The notes beneath the pieces are model-generated. The model saw only the letters and a program-made list of their open reading frames with translations, was not told the origin of the DNA and did not search any database. Positions 53,553 to 64,000 of a stretch of DNA of 64,000 nucleotides are shown one piece after another (the first letter of the stretch is position 1; every line of letters begins with the position of its first letter). Where the stretch lies: assembly GCA_963727445.1 (NCBI GenBank), contig CAVSGI010000010.1, positions 384,001 to 448,000 on the forward strand. Direction: 5' to 3'. The DNA is from an uncultured delta proteobacterium. GTDB taxonomy: Bacteria > Myxococcota_A > Polyangia > Polyangiales > B10-G4. A program made the position numbers and the translations under genes.

Positions 53553-54263
53553 ATGGCGGAGCAGACCGAAGAGGGCGGCGGCCCGGAGCAGCCGCGGAGA
53601 GGCGGAGCGCGGCGGCACCTCCTCGCGGGCTTCGTGCTCTTTCACCTCGCGAGCGCGTGCATCCTCTCGGTCCCGGCGTCGGGGGGCATGCGGGACATCA
53701 GCGCGTGGCGCGCGCCTCACGCCCAACGCGAGCTCGCGGTCTGGGCCGAGCGCGCCCGGGGGCTCGGCTGGGACGTGAGCAACTCCGAGTTCGAGGCGTG
53801 GCTGTGGGACTTCGCGCACGACTACCTCGAGGTGCGCGACCAGATCGCCGCGCCCTTCTCCCTCTACGCTCATTACACCGGTGCCCTCCAGGGCTGGTCG
53901 ATGTTCGCCAACCCGCAGACCGAGCCGGCGTGGCTGGTCGTCGATGTCCGTGACGAGGGGGGAGATTTTCGAACCGTCTACCGCGAGCGCTCCGACTCCG
54001 AGGAGTGGATGCGGCGGCAGCTCGATTTCAATCGCGTGCGCAAGCTCGAAGGCCGTCTCGGTCGCGGCGCGTACGACGACTACTATCGCGGCCTGGTGGA
54101 CTGGCTCGCGCGTCACGCCGCCACCGACTTCCCCGAGGCGACCCAGCTCCGCGCGCGCGTGGAGAGACGACACACGCTCCCGCCCTCCGACAACGCCGAT
54201 GGGGACTACGAGGGGGCGCGCTACGAGCGCGAGCTGATCGTCGACCTGGAGCCGCTCCGATGA
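53553..54263 (+). CDS. SdpA/DUF5819-like membrane-anchored partner of the HTTM protein
   Basis: FVLFHL TM segment, QGWSMFANP motif; stop overlaps the HTTM start. Confidence 0.65.
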   Translation: MAEQTEEGGGPEQPRRGGARRHLLAGFVLFHLASACILSVPASGGMRDISAWRAPHAQRELAVWAERARGLGWDVSNSEFEAWLWDFAHDYLEVRDQIAAPFSLYAHYTGALQGWSMFANPQTEPAWLVVDVRDEGGDFRTVYRERSDSEEWMRRQLDFNRVRKLEGRLGRGAYDDYYRGLVDWLARHAATDFPEATQLRARVERRHTLPPSDNADGDYEGARYERELIVDLEPLR

Positions 54264-55228
54264 AGCGCTTCTGGCGCTGGATGGTGGAGCTCTCCTCCCG
54301 GCAGGAGGGCGGGACGAGCTTGGCGCTCTTTCGGATCTTCGTCTCGCTGACGCTGCTCTACAGCCTGCTCAGCATCGCCTCTGCCGATCTGGTGACGGCT
54401 CTGTGGGTCGACCGGAGCCACGGCGGCATGCAGAGCGTCTACGAAAACGATCTGATGCGCCTCCTCGGCGGCGCGACGCCGGACGTCGTGTGGCTGCTGT
54501 GGACGACGGCGCTCCTTTCGAGCCTCGCGCTCCTCGCCGGTCTCTGGGGGCGGTTGAGCGCCTTCGTGCTGCTTCAGAGCTACTACGCGCTCTACATGAC
54601 GAACGGCCTCGCTTCGGGCGGCTACGACATGATGATCTCGAACGCTCTGTGGCTCCTCGTGCTGGGGAACGGCACGGCGACGCTCTCGGTCGACTGCTAC
54701 CGGCGCTACGGCACGATCGGCAGCGACGAGACGGTACCCGCGTGGCCGCGCTACGCCCTCGTCTGGCAGCTGACGATGATCTACTTCTTCACCGGCATCC
54801 AGAAGGCCAGCGCGCCGTGGACACCTGGCGGCGGTTACACCGCGCTCTACTACGTGATGCACGACCCGACCTGGATGCGCTGGGGCGGCGCGTCCTTGGC
54901 CGATGCGCTGTTGCCGCTCACCCGCATCGGGACCGCCGTCAGCTGGCACTGGGAGCACTCCGCCATCCTCCTGCCCCTGGTCTTCTACTATCGCGCGACA
55001 CGGGATCGTCCCGGGCGGATCCGCGCCGCTTTCAACCGCTTCGACCTCCGAAAGGTCTGGGCCGTGCTCGGTTTGTCCATGCACGTCGGCATCCTGACGA
55101 TGCTCAACGTGGGCCCCTTCTCCCTCATCAGCGCGAGCTATTACGTCTCCCTCTTCGCGCCCGACGAGGCGAAGCGGGCGCTGTTGCGCGTGCTGCCGGC
55201 GCGCCTCAGTGCTGCGGTCGGCAGATGA
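54260..55228 (+). CDS. HTTM-domain membrane protein (SdpB / vitamin K-dependent carboxylase-like)
   Basis: LALFRI, GGYD, TLSVD, WQLTMIYFFTGIQK, W..GGYTALYY, MHVGI...NVGPFS. Confidence 0.85.
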   Translation: MKRFWRWMVELSSRQEGGTSLALFRIFVSLTLLYSLLSIASADLVTALWVDRSHGGMQSVYENDLMRLLGGATPDVVWLLWTTALLSSLALLAGLWGRLSAFVLLQSYYALYMTNGLASGGYDMMISNALWLLVLGNGTATLSVDCYRRYGTIGSDETVPAWPRYALVWQLTMIYFFTGIQKASAPWTPGGGYTALYYVMHDPTWMRWGGASLADALLPLTRIGTAVSWHWEHSAILLPLVFYYRATRDRPGRIRAAFNRFDLRKVWAVLGLSMHVGILTMLNVGPFSLISASYYVSLFAPDEAKRALLRVLPARLSAAVGR

Positions 55229-55400
55229 GACAGGGCGGCTCGGCGCACTCGCCTTCGCGCACCGAGCACACACCGAGCAGGCCGTCTTCGATCACGCACT
55301 GCGCTCCGATCTCGGTGCACTCGCGGCTCGGCCCTCCGCTGCCGGAGCCGGTGGGGCAGCCCGCCAAGAGGCAGAGGGCGACGAGGGGCCAGAGCCTCAC
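55206..55400 (-). CDS. Small Cys-rich lipoprotein
   Basis: GTG start overlapping the PP2C stop; LAGC lipobox; CTEIGAQC...LGVC...C...CLICRPQH. Confidence 0.75.
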   Translation of the reverse strand: MRLWPLVALCLLAGCPTGSGSGGPSRECTEIGAQCVIEDGLLGVCSVREGECAEPPCLICRPQH

Positions 55401-56426
55401 TCGTCTTCCTCGGAGAGGTCGGCGGGGTGGAGCGGCCGCTCCGACTGGCGGTGGGGCTCGACGATCTCCTGGATCACGTCGAGGAGGTCCTGACTGATGT
55501 CCTGGGCGGGGACCACGTGAATGGAGGAGCGGGCCTCGTCGTGGCCGAGGACCATGATCTCCGGGTAGTCGTCGTCGGTGCCCCCCTCGTATCCGATGGT
55601 GTGCTTGCGTTGGGGACGCGGGGCCTCGTCGACGCCCGGCGCGAGATTCGCAGCCGATCACCACCGCCGCGACGTTGTCGTCCATCGGGCCCTCCTTGGC
55701 GAGCTCGAGGAGCAGGCGTACCTGTTCTTCGGGCGTGCTCGCCAGCTCCAGGGCGTCGACCATCTGGTAGCCCGAGATCCGATCCGTGAGCCCATCGGAG
55801 CACAGGACGAAGCGATCGCCCGCGGCGAGCTCCCAGGTGCGGATGGTCGCGCGGATCGTGTCGCCCATTCCGAGCGCGCGGGTGATCACGTTGCGCGGCA
55901 GCCGCGAGAGCTGCGAATCAGGCATGTCCGGGCGGAGCGCGAGCACGTCGTTCATCAGCGTGTGGTCGTGCGTGAGAAGCTCGAAGATCCCGTTTCGAAG
56001 CCGGTAGCACCGGCTGTCTCCCACGTGGCCGATGTGCACCACGCTGCGGTCGGGCTCGAAGAAGGCGGCCACGATGGTGGTCCCCATGCCGCGGTATCGC
56101 TTCGAGGTCTTCGCGATGTCCGCGACCGCGCGATTCGCGCGATGGATCCCCGTCGACAGCCGGCGCGCCGCGGTCGAGAGCCCCACCGCGTCGTACTCCG
56201 GCTCGACGGTCGCGCGGTCCTCTGTCTCTTCGAAGTAGTGAGCCACGGTGCTCACCGCGAGGGTGCTCGCGACGTTGCCCGCGTTGTGCCCGCCCGCACC
56301 GTCGGCCAGCAGAAAGAGACCGAGGTCGGGGCGAAGCATGACCGTGTCCTCGTTGTGAGGTCGGGTCCCGATGTGGGTGTCACCGGCGCCGGTGACCTCG
56401 AGCGCGTGTTGGCCCGTCGTCTCCAT
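55397..56426 (-). CDS. PP2C-family Ser/Thr phosphatase, frameshift at 55645-55649
   Basis: RPHNED, LADGAGGH, MGTT, HVGDSR, LCSDGL, DDNV; the corrected tail CDLAPGVDE...DLSEEDE* ends at 55397. Confidence 0.92.
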
Positions 56427-56466
56427 GCGGCGAGTATCGAGGGCGCGCTCCAAACGCACAAGCGGG

Positions 56467-57990
<1,524 letters not shown>

Positions 57991-58050
57991 GACCCCTCAG
58001 ATTTAAGCATTCGGGGTGGGGGAGGGCAATCGTTCAGGTGGCCCCCCGGC

Positions 58051-59865
58051 TCAGAGCGCCCACATCATCTCTTCGAGGGCGCTGACGCAGTCGGTGACGC
58101 TCCCGTACATCTTGTCGCTGTAGCGGCCGTGGACCTCGTCCATGGCGTCCGCGCGGGTGTAGAAGCCGCTGTTCATGTCGCAGCTGACCGCCAGCCCGCC
58201 GTCCTCGGCCGCGTCGATGGACGCGCGGTAGGTTCCGTACTCCCCTTCGGCGCGGCGCTCGAGGCTCGCCGGATCGCGGCCATCCAGGACGTCCGCTGGG
58301 AAAGGATCGTAGCCCTGGGTGGTCATCCGCACGACGCAGGTGCCATCGCCTGGGCAGGAGACCTCGTTGACGTGCCAGTTGTAGTCGCCCTCGCACCAGG
58401 TGTCGCCACAGATGTCGTCGAGGGACTGGCGCACCTTCTCCGCCTCGCGGGCGTCGAGGATGGGGGTGGTCGCGGGCGGATCGTCCACGGCGGGATCGCG
58501 CGTGAAGGCGGAGCAGGCGGGGCGCTCCTCGGCCTCGCGCACGAAACGCCGCCAGCGGTAGACGGCCTCGGCGAGATACTCGATGTGCGCTGGTCCCACC
58601 TGGTCGACGGCGTCGAGGTCCGCCAGGGAGCGGAACCCGCGACGCTGGGCCGCCGCCACGTTGCGCGCGGCGTCGGAGCGAAAGTGGGGGAGGGCGTCGA
58701 GCTGCTCTTCGGTGGCGGTGTTCGCCATGTCGAGGACGAGCTCGAGGTCGTGCATCGACATGGCAGAGACGCCGTCGACGTGGTCGTTGGCGGGCGCCAT
58801 CAGCTCGGCCAACGTGCCCTCGCCGCGCTTGAAGGCTTCCCAGGTCGCCGAGAAGCGACGCAGCTTCCGCAACCCTTCGGTCCCGACGTAATAGGCGTTG
58901 CCCAGCCGGTCGAGGCTGCAGATCGCGCTCTGGGTGCGCTCTCCGTCGATGGACCGCGCCGCCCGCGTGTCGAGGATCGCGTCGAGGGTCCGCACGTCGG
59001 CGGTGTTCACGAAATCGAGGGTGAGCGCCGCTTCTTCCTGCGTGAAGGAGATGCCTTCGAGGTCGCCGGCGAGCGTCTCGCCTTCGATGGTGATGCCGGG
59101 GCACGCCGCGGCGAGGGTCTCGGCCGCGGCGACCGGCGCGTCGAGGCTCCCGCACTGAGTCAGCGCGGCGCGGGCGAAGATCCGCCAGTCGGCCATGCCG
59201 TCGCGCAGGTACTCCATGTGCCGGGTCCCGACGCCGAAGACCTCCGCGACCTCGGCGAGGCTGCTGAAACCGCCGCGGGCTCGCCGCTCGCGCACCAGGG
59301 AGCGGGCGGCGTCGGAGCGGAAGTGGGGGATGGCGTCGAGCTGCGAGGCGCTCGCGTACGAGGCCATCTCGAGGGCGACGAAGGCCTCGCCGGCGGTGAA
59401 GGGCGTCCCGTCGTAGGTGCCGCCGTCGGCCATCAGGTCCGCGACGGTGGCGTCTCCAGCATCGGCGATCTCCCACACGGCGCTGAACTGGCGTGCGCGC
59501 TCGAGGTTGGCGGGGCCGACCTGCGGCAGGTCCGCCAGCTCGCCCACGTTGCAGAGCGTGCCGCGTTCGGCGCGAGCGGTGACGATGCTGCGTGCCGTGT
59601 CGGCGTCGAGCCCCGCGCCCATCGCGCGATCGAGCTCTTCCTGCGACGCCTTGTTGGCCATGTCGAGGACCAGCTCCGCCTCGCGGCGGGTGAGCTCGAC
59701 GCCGTCGTACTCGCCGCCACGGGCGATGCAGGCGGCGTCGTCCGAGGCGTCATCGGCCTTGCCGCCGCCTCCGAGGCCGGGCGAGCCCGGGGCCGGGCCG
59801 CCCATGGCGCAGGCGCCGAGTCCGAGGAGGCTGAGAAGGCAAGCGAGGCGAAGGTGGGCATGCAT
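58051..59865 (-). CDS. Lipoprotein with GGKAD motif and four ComEA-like helix-hairpin-helix units
   Basis: LGAC lipobox; four copies of (Y)DG.....E...L..(A/V)N.A....LD.......AR.......L......VG....L. Confidence 0.8.
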   Translation of the reverse strand: MHAHLRLACLLSLLGLGACAMGGPAPGSPGLGGGGKADDASDDAACIARGGEYDGVELTRREAELVLDMANKASQEELDRAMGAGLDADTARSIVTARAERGTLCNVGELADLPQVGPANLERARQFSAVWEIADAGDATVADLMADGGTYDGTPFTAGEAFVALEMASYASASQLDAIPHFRSDAARSLVRERRARGGFSSLAEVAEVFGVGTRHMEYLRDGMADWRIFARAALTQCGSLDAPVAAAETLAAACPGITIEGETLAGDLEGISFTQEEAALTLDFVNTADVRTLDAILDTRAARSIDGERTQSAICSLDRLGNAYYVGTEGLRKLRRFSATWEAFKRGEGTLAELMAPANDHVDGVSAMSMHDLELVLDMANTATEEQLDALPHFRSDAARNVAAAQRRGFRSLADLDAVDQVGPAHIEYLAEAVYRWRRFVREAEERPACSAFTRDPAVDDPPATTPILDAREAEKVRQSLDDICGDTWCEGDYNWHVNEVSCPGDGTCVVRMTTQGYDPFPADVLDGRDPASLERRAEGEYGTYRASIDAAEDGGLAVSCDMNSGFYTRADAMDEVHGRYSDKMYGSVTDCVSALEEMMWAL

Positions 59866-59896
59866 GGGGAAGCTCCGGTTGGTGCTTCCGCGATTT

Positions 59897-59912
59897 CGCA
59901 ATGGGCGTACCA
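59897..59912 (-). promoter_or_regulatory. Sigma54 -24/-12 promoter
   Basis: Minus strand TGGTAC-GCCCA-TTGCG; IHF-like AATCAC-TGGC-TTA just upstream (59920-59932). Confidence 0.78.
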
Positions 59913-60052
59913 TTTCGATTAAGCCAGTGATTTCAATCTGCCAACCGAAGTAGCCGGCGGCTACTCCGGCCGAGATCGACGCGGCTGGCCAGGCGATCCG
60001 GAAGCTTTCGTGGCCAGCATGGGGGGTTGTCGTAGGATCGCCGCCGCCCCTG

Positions 60053-60604
60053 ATGGCCGACGAGAAACGACGCATCGCCCTCATCTCCACCGGCGGGACC
60101 ATCGAGAAGACCTACGACTCGCTCTCCGGGGTGCTGGCGAACCAGGTCTCCGTGTTGGACGTGATGCTCACCCAGCTCCAAACAGAGGGGGTCGAGCTGG
60201 TTCGGGTCCCCCTGATGAACAAGGACAGCCTCGACATGAGCGAGGTGGACCACACGCTCATCGCCAACACGGCCCTGTCGATGGGGGAGGCCCACGATGG
60301 CGTGGTGGTGGTGCATGGAACCGACCGCCTCGCGGTCACCGGCGAGCGCATCCACGAAGTCTCGGGCGGCCGTCCTCCCGTCCCGGTCGTCCTGACCGGC
60401 GCGATGCAGCCCTACGCGCTCCGCACCACCGACGCGATCCAGAACCTCACCGAAGCGCTCCTCGCCGTCCAGCTCGTGAGCCCTGGTGTCTACGTCGCCA
60501 TGCACAACAAGGTGCTCGCCTTCCCGGGCGTGGTGAAAGACACCGAAGCCGGCACTTTCACCGGTGGTGTGGTGGTCCGCGCGACAGCGTCCGGCCACTC
60601 CTGA
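60053..60604 (+). CDS. Asparaginase N-terminal-domain-only protein
   Basis: STGGTIEK, DSLDM, HGTD, LTGAMQP, TDAIQNL; 183 aa. Confidence 0.85.
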   Translation: MADEKRRIALISTGGTIEKTYDSLSGVLANQVSVLDVMLTQLQTEGVELVRVPLMNKDSLDMSEVDHTLIANTALSMGEAHDGVVVVHGTDRLAVTGERIHEVSGGRPPVPVVLTGAMQPYALRTTDAIQNLTEALLAVQLVSPGVYVAMHNKVLAFPGVVKDTEAGTFTGGVVVRATASGHS

Positions 60605-60697
60605 TCACAGCGGCGGCACGGATCGTCAGCGCGCCGCCGAAAACAGGCGCCGGCGCACCAGGTGGCGCAGATCGACAGGCCGCGCTGAACAACGTCA

Positions 60698-61087
60698 TCA
60701 GGGGGTGGTGACGACCGTCATGATGTTGGCGCGCTGGAGCTCCGGCGGGTCGTAGTCTTGGACGTGGGAGAGACGCGTGCGCGCCGTGGGTCGAGCCGCG
60801 CAGTCGGTGCTGGGGTCGCAGTAGGCCGGCGCCGCGCGTGCGAACCGTGACGGCGCCCGCCGCGATCCCCCGATCTCGGCCACTCGAATCCCGAGGAGCC
60901 CGTCTCGTTCAGCGTCGACCGCCGTGTCGGCGCGTGCTCCCCCGCCGCCCCAGAGCACTTCGGTGGCCACCTGGGAGAATTCGATTCCCGGCACGTAGTC
61001 GGTCTTCAGATCGACGGTGAGCTCGAGGCCACCGTCGCACCCGAGGCCAGCGATCAGCGAGAGAAGCAACAGCAGGCCGAGACGCAC
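60698..61087 (-). pseudogene. Truncated or frameshifted lipoprotein remnant
   Basis: GLGC lipobox and VDLKTDYVPGIEF start; frame break in the G-run near 60867-60871, then loss of coherent coding. Confidence 0.55.
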
Positions 61088-61184
61088 GACGGCGATACTA
61101 CACTCGCACCGCTAGGGGCGTGGGCCCGCGGCGTCAACGGTGGCGCAGATCGACAGTGGTTCCCGGGGTGCCGAGAGGAGCTGA

Positions 61185-62624
61185 TCACTCCGCGCGCCTG
61201 CCCAGCGCTCTGTCGAGGGCCGCGTGGGCTACGTGGAGTGACGCCTCGGCGTCCACCACCACCGCCTTCGCTGCCGCCGCGGCTTCCTCGCGGAGGTTCA
61301 CCACGAAGAGCTGGGTCGCCCCCAACTCGAAGCGCGTGCGCTCCGCTGCGGCGACCGCGTCGGCGACGTCGGCGGCTTCGCGCGCCAGAGAGAGGGAGCG
61401 CTCGGCGGCGCGGACCGCGCTGTGAGCGTCACGCACCTGCGCTTCGACGCGATCTCTGGCCAGGCGCGCTTCGGCCGTGAGGCCCGCGAGCTCGGCATCG
61501 ATGCGCACGACGTTCCCCCGGGCCTCTCGGTTCTGAAGGGGGAGGGCGAAGGTGAGTGAGGCCTCGACGACGGCGGGGCCCAGCACCTCGCGCTGGGCGT
61601 CGGTTCCGTCGCCGAGGTCGACCGAAGCCCCGATGCCGAAGTCGATCCGAGGCGCGCGCGCGTTCTCCGCGAGCGAGAGGCTCACCTCCTGTTGGGCGAT
61701 TCTGGCCTGATAGCGCGCGGACTCGGGCCGGTCGTTCCAGGCGCGATCGACGGCCGTCCGGAGATCGAAGCGGAGCGCGGCCAGCGGTGGGAGATCGCGC
61801 GGCAAGCGACCGGCCCCTGGCACCCGAGGCGAGCCGGCGCGGTCTCGGTAGTAGAGGGACAGCGCGATCGCCGCCTGCTCCACTGCGCGCTCGGCCGAGA
61901 CCAGCGCGGTGCGTCGCGCGACGACCACCCGCTGGTTTTCGAGCGACTCGATCGCGGGAAGGTGTCCCGCCTCGACCTTGGCCGCGAGCTGCGCCTGACG
62001 CGTCTCCGCGATCGACAACAGCTGCTGCGCGATCTCGTACCTCCGCCCAGCCGCGACCCAACGGAAGTAGGCGACGGAGGCATCGAGGCGCAGCGACAGG
62101 CGCCCCTCCGAGAGCGACGCTTCCGCGATGTCGACCTGCTGGTCGGCGCGACGACGCCGCGCGCGGGCGGCGTCGATGGGACCGTCGCGCAGGAGCGGGA
62201 TCCGCGCGCCCACCGAGAGCTCACCGCCGTCGAGGGTGCCGTAGCCGCCGCGATAGGCGGGGATCTCGCCAGAGCCGATCCGCCAGCCAGCGTAGAAGCG
62301 CGCACCCCACAGGGGCGTCGGCTGCTCGAGGCCGACCCGCGCACGCCCCCAGTCGTAGTAGCCGAGGGGCGCGACGTAGCCGTCCGCGACGAGGGAGAGG
62401 TCGAAGGCGCCTTCGGAGGAGAGCGCCTCGCCTTCCGCGGCGCGGATCTGCTCCCGCCCGGCGATCAGCGCCGGATGATGCGTCTCTACCGAGGCGAGGA
62501 CCGCGCCTAGCGTCAGCGGCCCCCCGCTCCGAAAGGAGCGATCTTCCTCCTGTGCGAAGGCGATCTCGGGAGCGCCCGTCACAGCCAGGGCGATCAGATG
62601 GAGCATGGACCACGCGCGGCTCAT
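61185..62624 (-). CDS. TolC-family outer-membrane protein
   Basis: Signal peptide, HHP, EGAFD, PLLRDG, LPLQNR, ERTRFELG...VNLRE. Confidence 0.88.
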   Translation of the reverse strand: MSRAWSMLHLIALAVTGAPEIAFAQEEDRSFRSGGPLTLGAVLASVETHHPALIAGREQIRAAEGEALSSEGAFDLSLVADGYVAPLGYYDWGRARVGLEQPTPLWGARFYAGWRIGSGEIPAYRGGYGTLDGGELSVGARIPLLRDGPIDAARARRRRADQQVDIAEASLSEGRLSLRLDASVAYFRWVAAGRRYEIAQQLLSIAETRQAQLAAKVEAGHLPAIESLENQRVVVARRTALVSAERAVEQAAIALSLYYRDRAGSPRVPGAGRLPRDLPPLAALRFDLRTAVDRAWNDRPESARYQARIAQQEVSLSLAENARAPRIDFGIGASVDLGDGTDAQREVLGPAVVEASLTFALPLQNREARGNVVRIDAELAGLTAEARLARDRVEAQVRDAHSAVRAAERSLSLAREAADVADAVAAAERTRFELGATQLFVVNLREEAAAAAKAVVVDAEASLHVAHAALDRALGRRAE

Positions 62625-63938
62625 CGCGGTGCACCTACGCTCTCGGAGGGGGGCGTGCCGAGCTTCGGGGGAAACCCGTTGAGCAGCCGCCAGAGCTCGA
62701 AGCCGACGCTCACCCTCTCGAGGAGGACCCAACCGTTGGCGCGGGCGCCCTGCCGCAAGAAGCGAGAGCTCGGCCAGGGCTCATCGTCCGGATCGGGGAC
62801 CACCACCGCGCGAAAGTCACCGTTGCCGTCGTCGGTGGCGTCTACGAAGGCGACGCGTCCGCCGAAGGTCCCCACCGCGACCGAGGGCCAGCCCGTGAAC
62901 TGCACCGCGGGCCACCCTTCGAACTGAAGGCGCACGGAGCGGCCAGGGCTGATCAGCGCGGCGTCGTTTCCGTCGACCCAGATCTCCACCGCGCGCTGTT
63001 CCGTGTCGGGCACGAGGAGCGCGAGCGTGTCGCCGGCGCTGACCTGCTCACCGCCCTGATTCGCGACGAGCCGGAAGATGGTGCCTGCGCGGGGCGCGGT
63101 GACGACCTGGGCCTCCTGACGCGAGAATCCGCACGTCGAGCTGGGCGAGGGCGGCCCGCATCGCGGCGACGTCGCTCTCGGCGGAGCGCAGCGACGCCCG
63201 CGCACCCTCCAGCTCGGCGTCCCGCTCGCCGCGCGCGCGGTCCACCGATGCCCCCGCGGAGGAGAGCTGATCGCGGACGGCGCGCGCGCGGGCGCGTCGG
63301 GCGTCGAGATCCGTCCGCGCCTGCGCGTGGGCGAGCTCGGCGAGCTCGCGATCCCGGGCCGAGGCCAGGCCCTGCTCGTAGAGGGAGGTGAGGCGCGTGA
63401 GGTTGAGCTCCGCGGTGCGCAGGGCCGCTGTGGCGGCCTGCTCGGCCTGGTCCGCGACCTCGACCGCGCGCTCGGCCGCGCGGCGGTCGGCGCGATGCGA
63501 CTCGATGGAGCCGTCCTGCGCCCGGCTCACGGCGTCGATGCGCGCCGCCTGCGCTGCAGCGCGATCCTCGTAGCTCCGCAGTCGCTCGGCGATGGCGCTC
63601 CGCTCCGCCTCGAGCCGCGCCATGAGCAACGGGTCGTTGTCGGAGAGGCGGACGACGGGGTCCCCTTCGTTCACGACGCTTCCCTCCTGCACGAACCATT
63701 CGGCGACCCGCCCAGTGACCGGCGCTTCGAGGGCCTGACGCCGCTCGAGAGGCGCGTAGGCGATGACCCGCCCGGTGCCGCGCACGCTCTGCTGCCAGGG
63801 GGAGGAGAGCGCGAAGACGATGAACACGCCGAAGGCCGCGGCCAGCGTCCACGCGACCCGGCGCGCTCGCGTCGGCGGCGGCACGAGGCGCGCCGAGGAG
63901 AGCCCGGGGCTTCGGTAGGGATGGGCGGTGGAGGGCAT
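62621..63938 (-). CDS. HlyD-family secretion adaptor, frameshift at 63125-63129
   Basis: PWQQSVRGTGRV, VQEG, coiled coil, APRAG, RLQFEGWPAVQFTGWP; GAATC to GATC restores LDVRISRQEAQ. Confidence 0.92.
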
Positions 63939-63939
63939 T

Positions 63940-64000
63940 TCAGTCTTCGTCCTTCATCACACGCACGCGGTCAATCTGCTGCGCCAGGGTCTCGGAGTGG
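63940..64000 (-). CDS. C-terminus of a probable ABC transporter ATPase (partial)
   Basis: HSETLAQQIDRVRVMKDED* resembles the H-switch tail; directly upstream of hlyD-tolC. Confidence 0.55.
   Translation of the reverse strand, partial: HSETLAQQIDRVRVMKDED

Noticed and set aside
55206..56459. Apparent PP2C fused to a Cys-rich lipoprotein
   Set aside because: Produced by the +1 base at 55645-55649; an internal lipoprotein signal peptide shows these are two genes
59945..59969. GTAG-containing hairpin as a classical REP or riboswitch
   Set aside because: Single copy in the window, unrelated to the RAYT-flanking repeat, and no recognisable aptamer; kept only as a possible operator

Overview
GC-rich (roughly 70%) chromosomal window, most likely from a myxobacterium (Myxococcota, Polyangia/Sandaracinaceae-like), judged from many Cys-rich lipoproteins with DAG/DGG linkers, DPxNCGxCG repeats and an ECF-FecR/TPR module. 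About 57 genes or gene remnants are present. They include an expansin, aroC, a divergent ligD/ku NHEJ pair, an acyl-CoA dehydrogenase, an OMP-ECF-anti-sigma cluster with three Cys-rich lipoproteins, a DEAD/DEAH helicase, an NAD salvage operon (pncB-nadE-nrtR-pncA) with a candidate NrtR operator, and a DksA/TraR protein with a histone-like tail. A plastic region (27-33 kb) holds gene remnants and a RAYT-type HUH transposase bracketed by perfect 22-bp inverted repeats. Further on are a copper island (P1B ATPase, cusCBA, cupredoxin), an SdpA-like/HTTM pair, PP2C, a short FtsH, a multi-HhH lipoprotein and the end of an ABC-HlyD-TolC locus. No tRNA, rRNA or CRISPR array was seen. Main observations: (1) three unrelated lipoproteins share a GGKAD motif 17-20 residues after the lipobox Cys, and each gene has a sigma54 -24/-12 promoter with an IHF-like site. 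(2) A small Cys/His-rich ORF ending in RAPP precedes cusCBA, a candidate metal-sensing arrest leader. (3) Seven frameshifts are the same +1 event, GATC to GAATC/GATTC, probably a long-read consensus artefact that may reveal a DNA modification at (A)GATC. All calls come from reading the sequence by eye; no searches were run.
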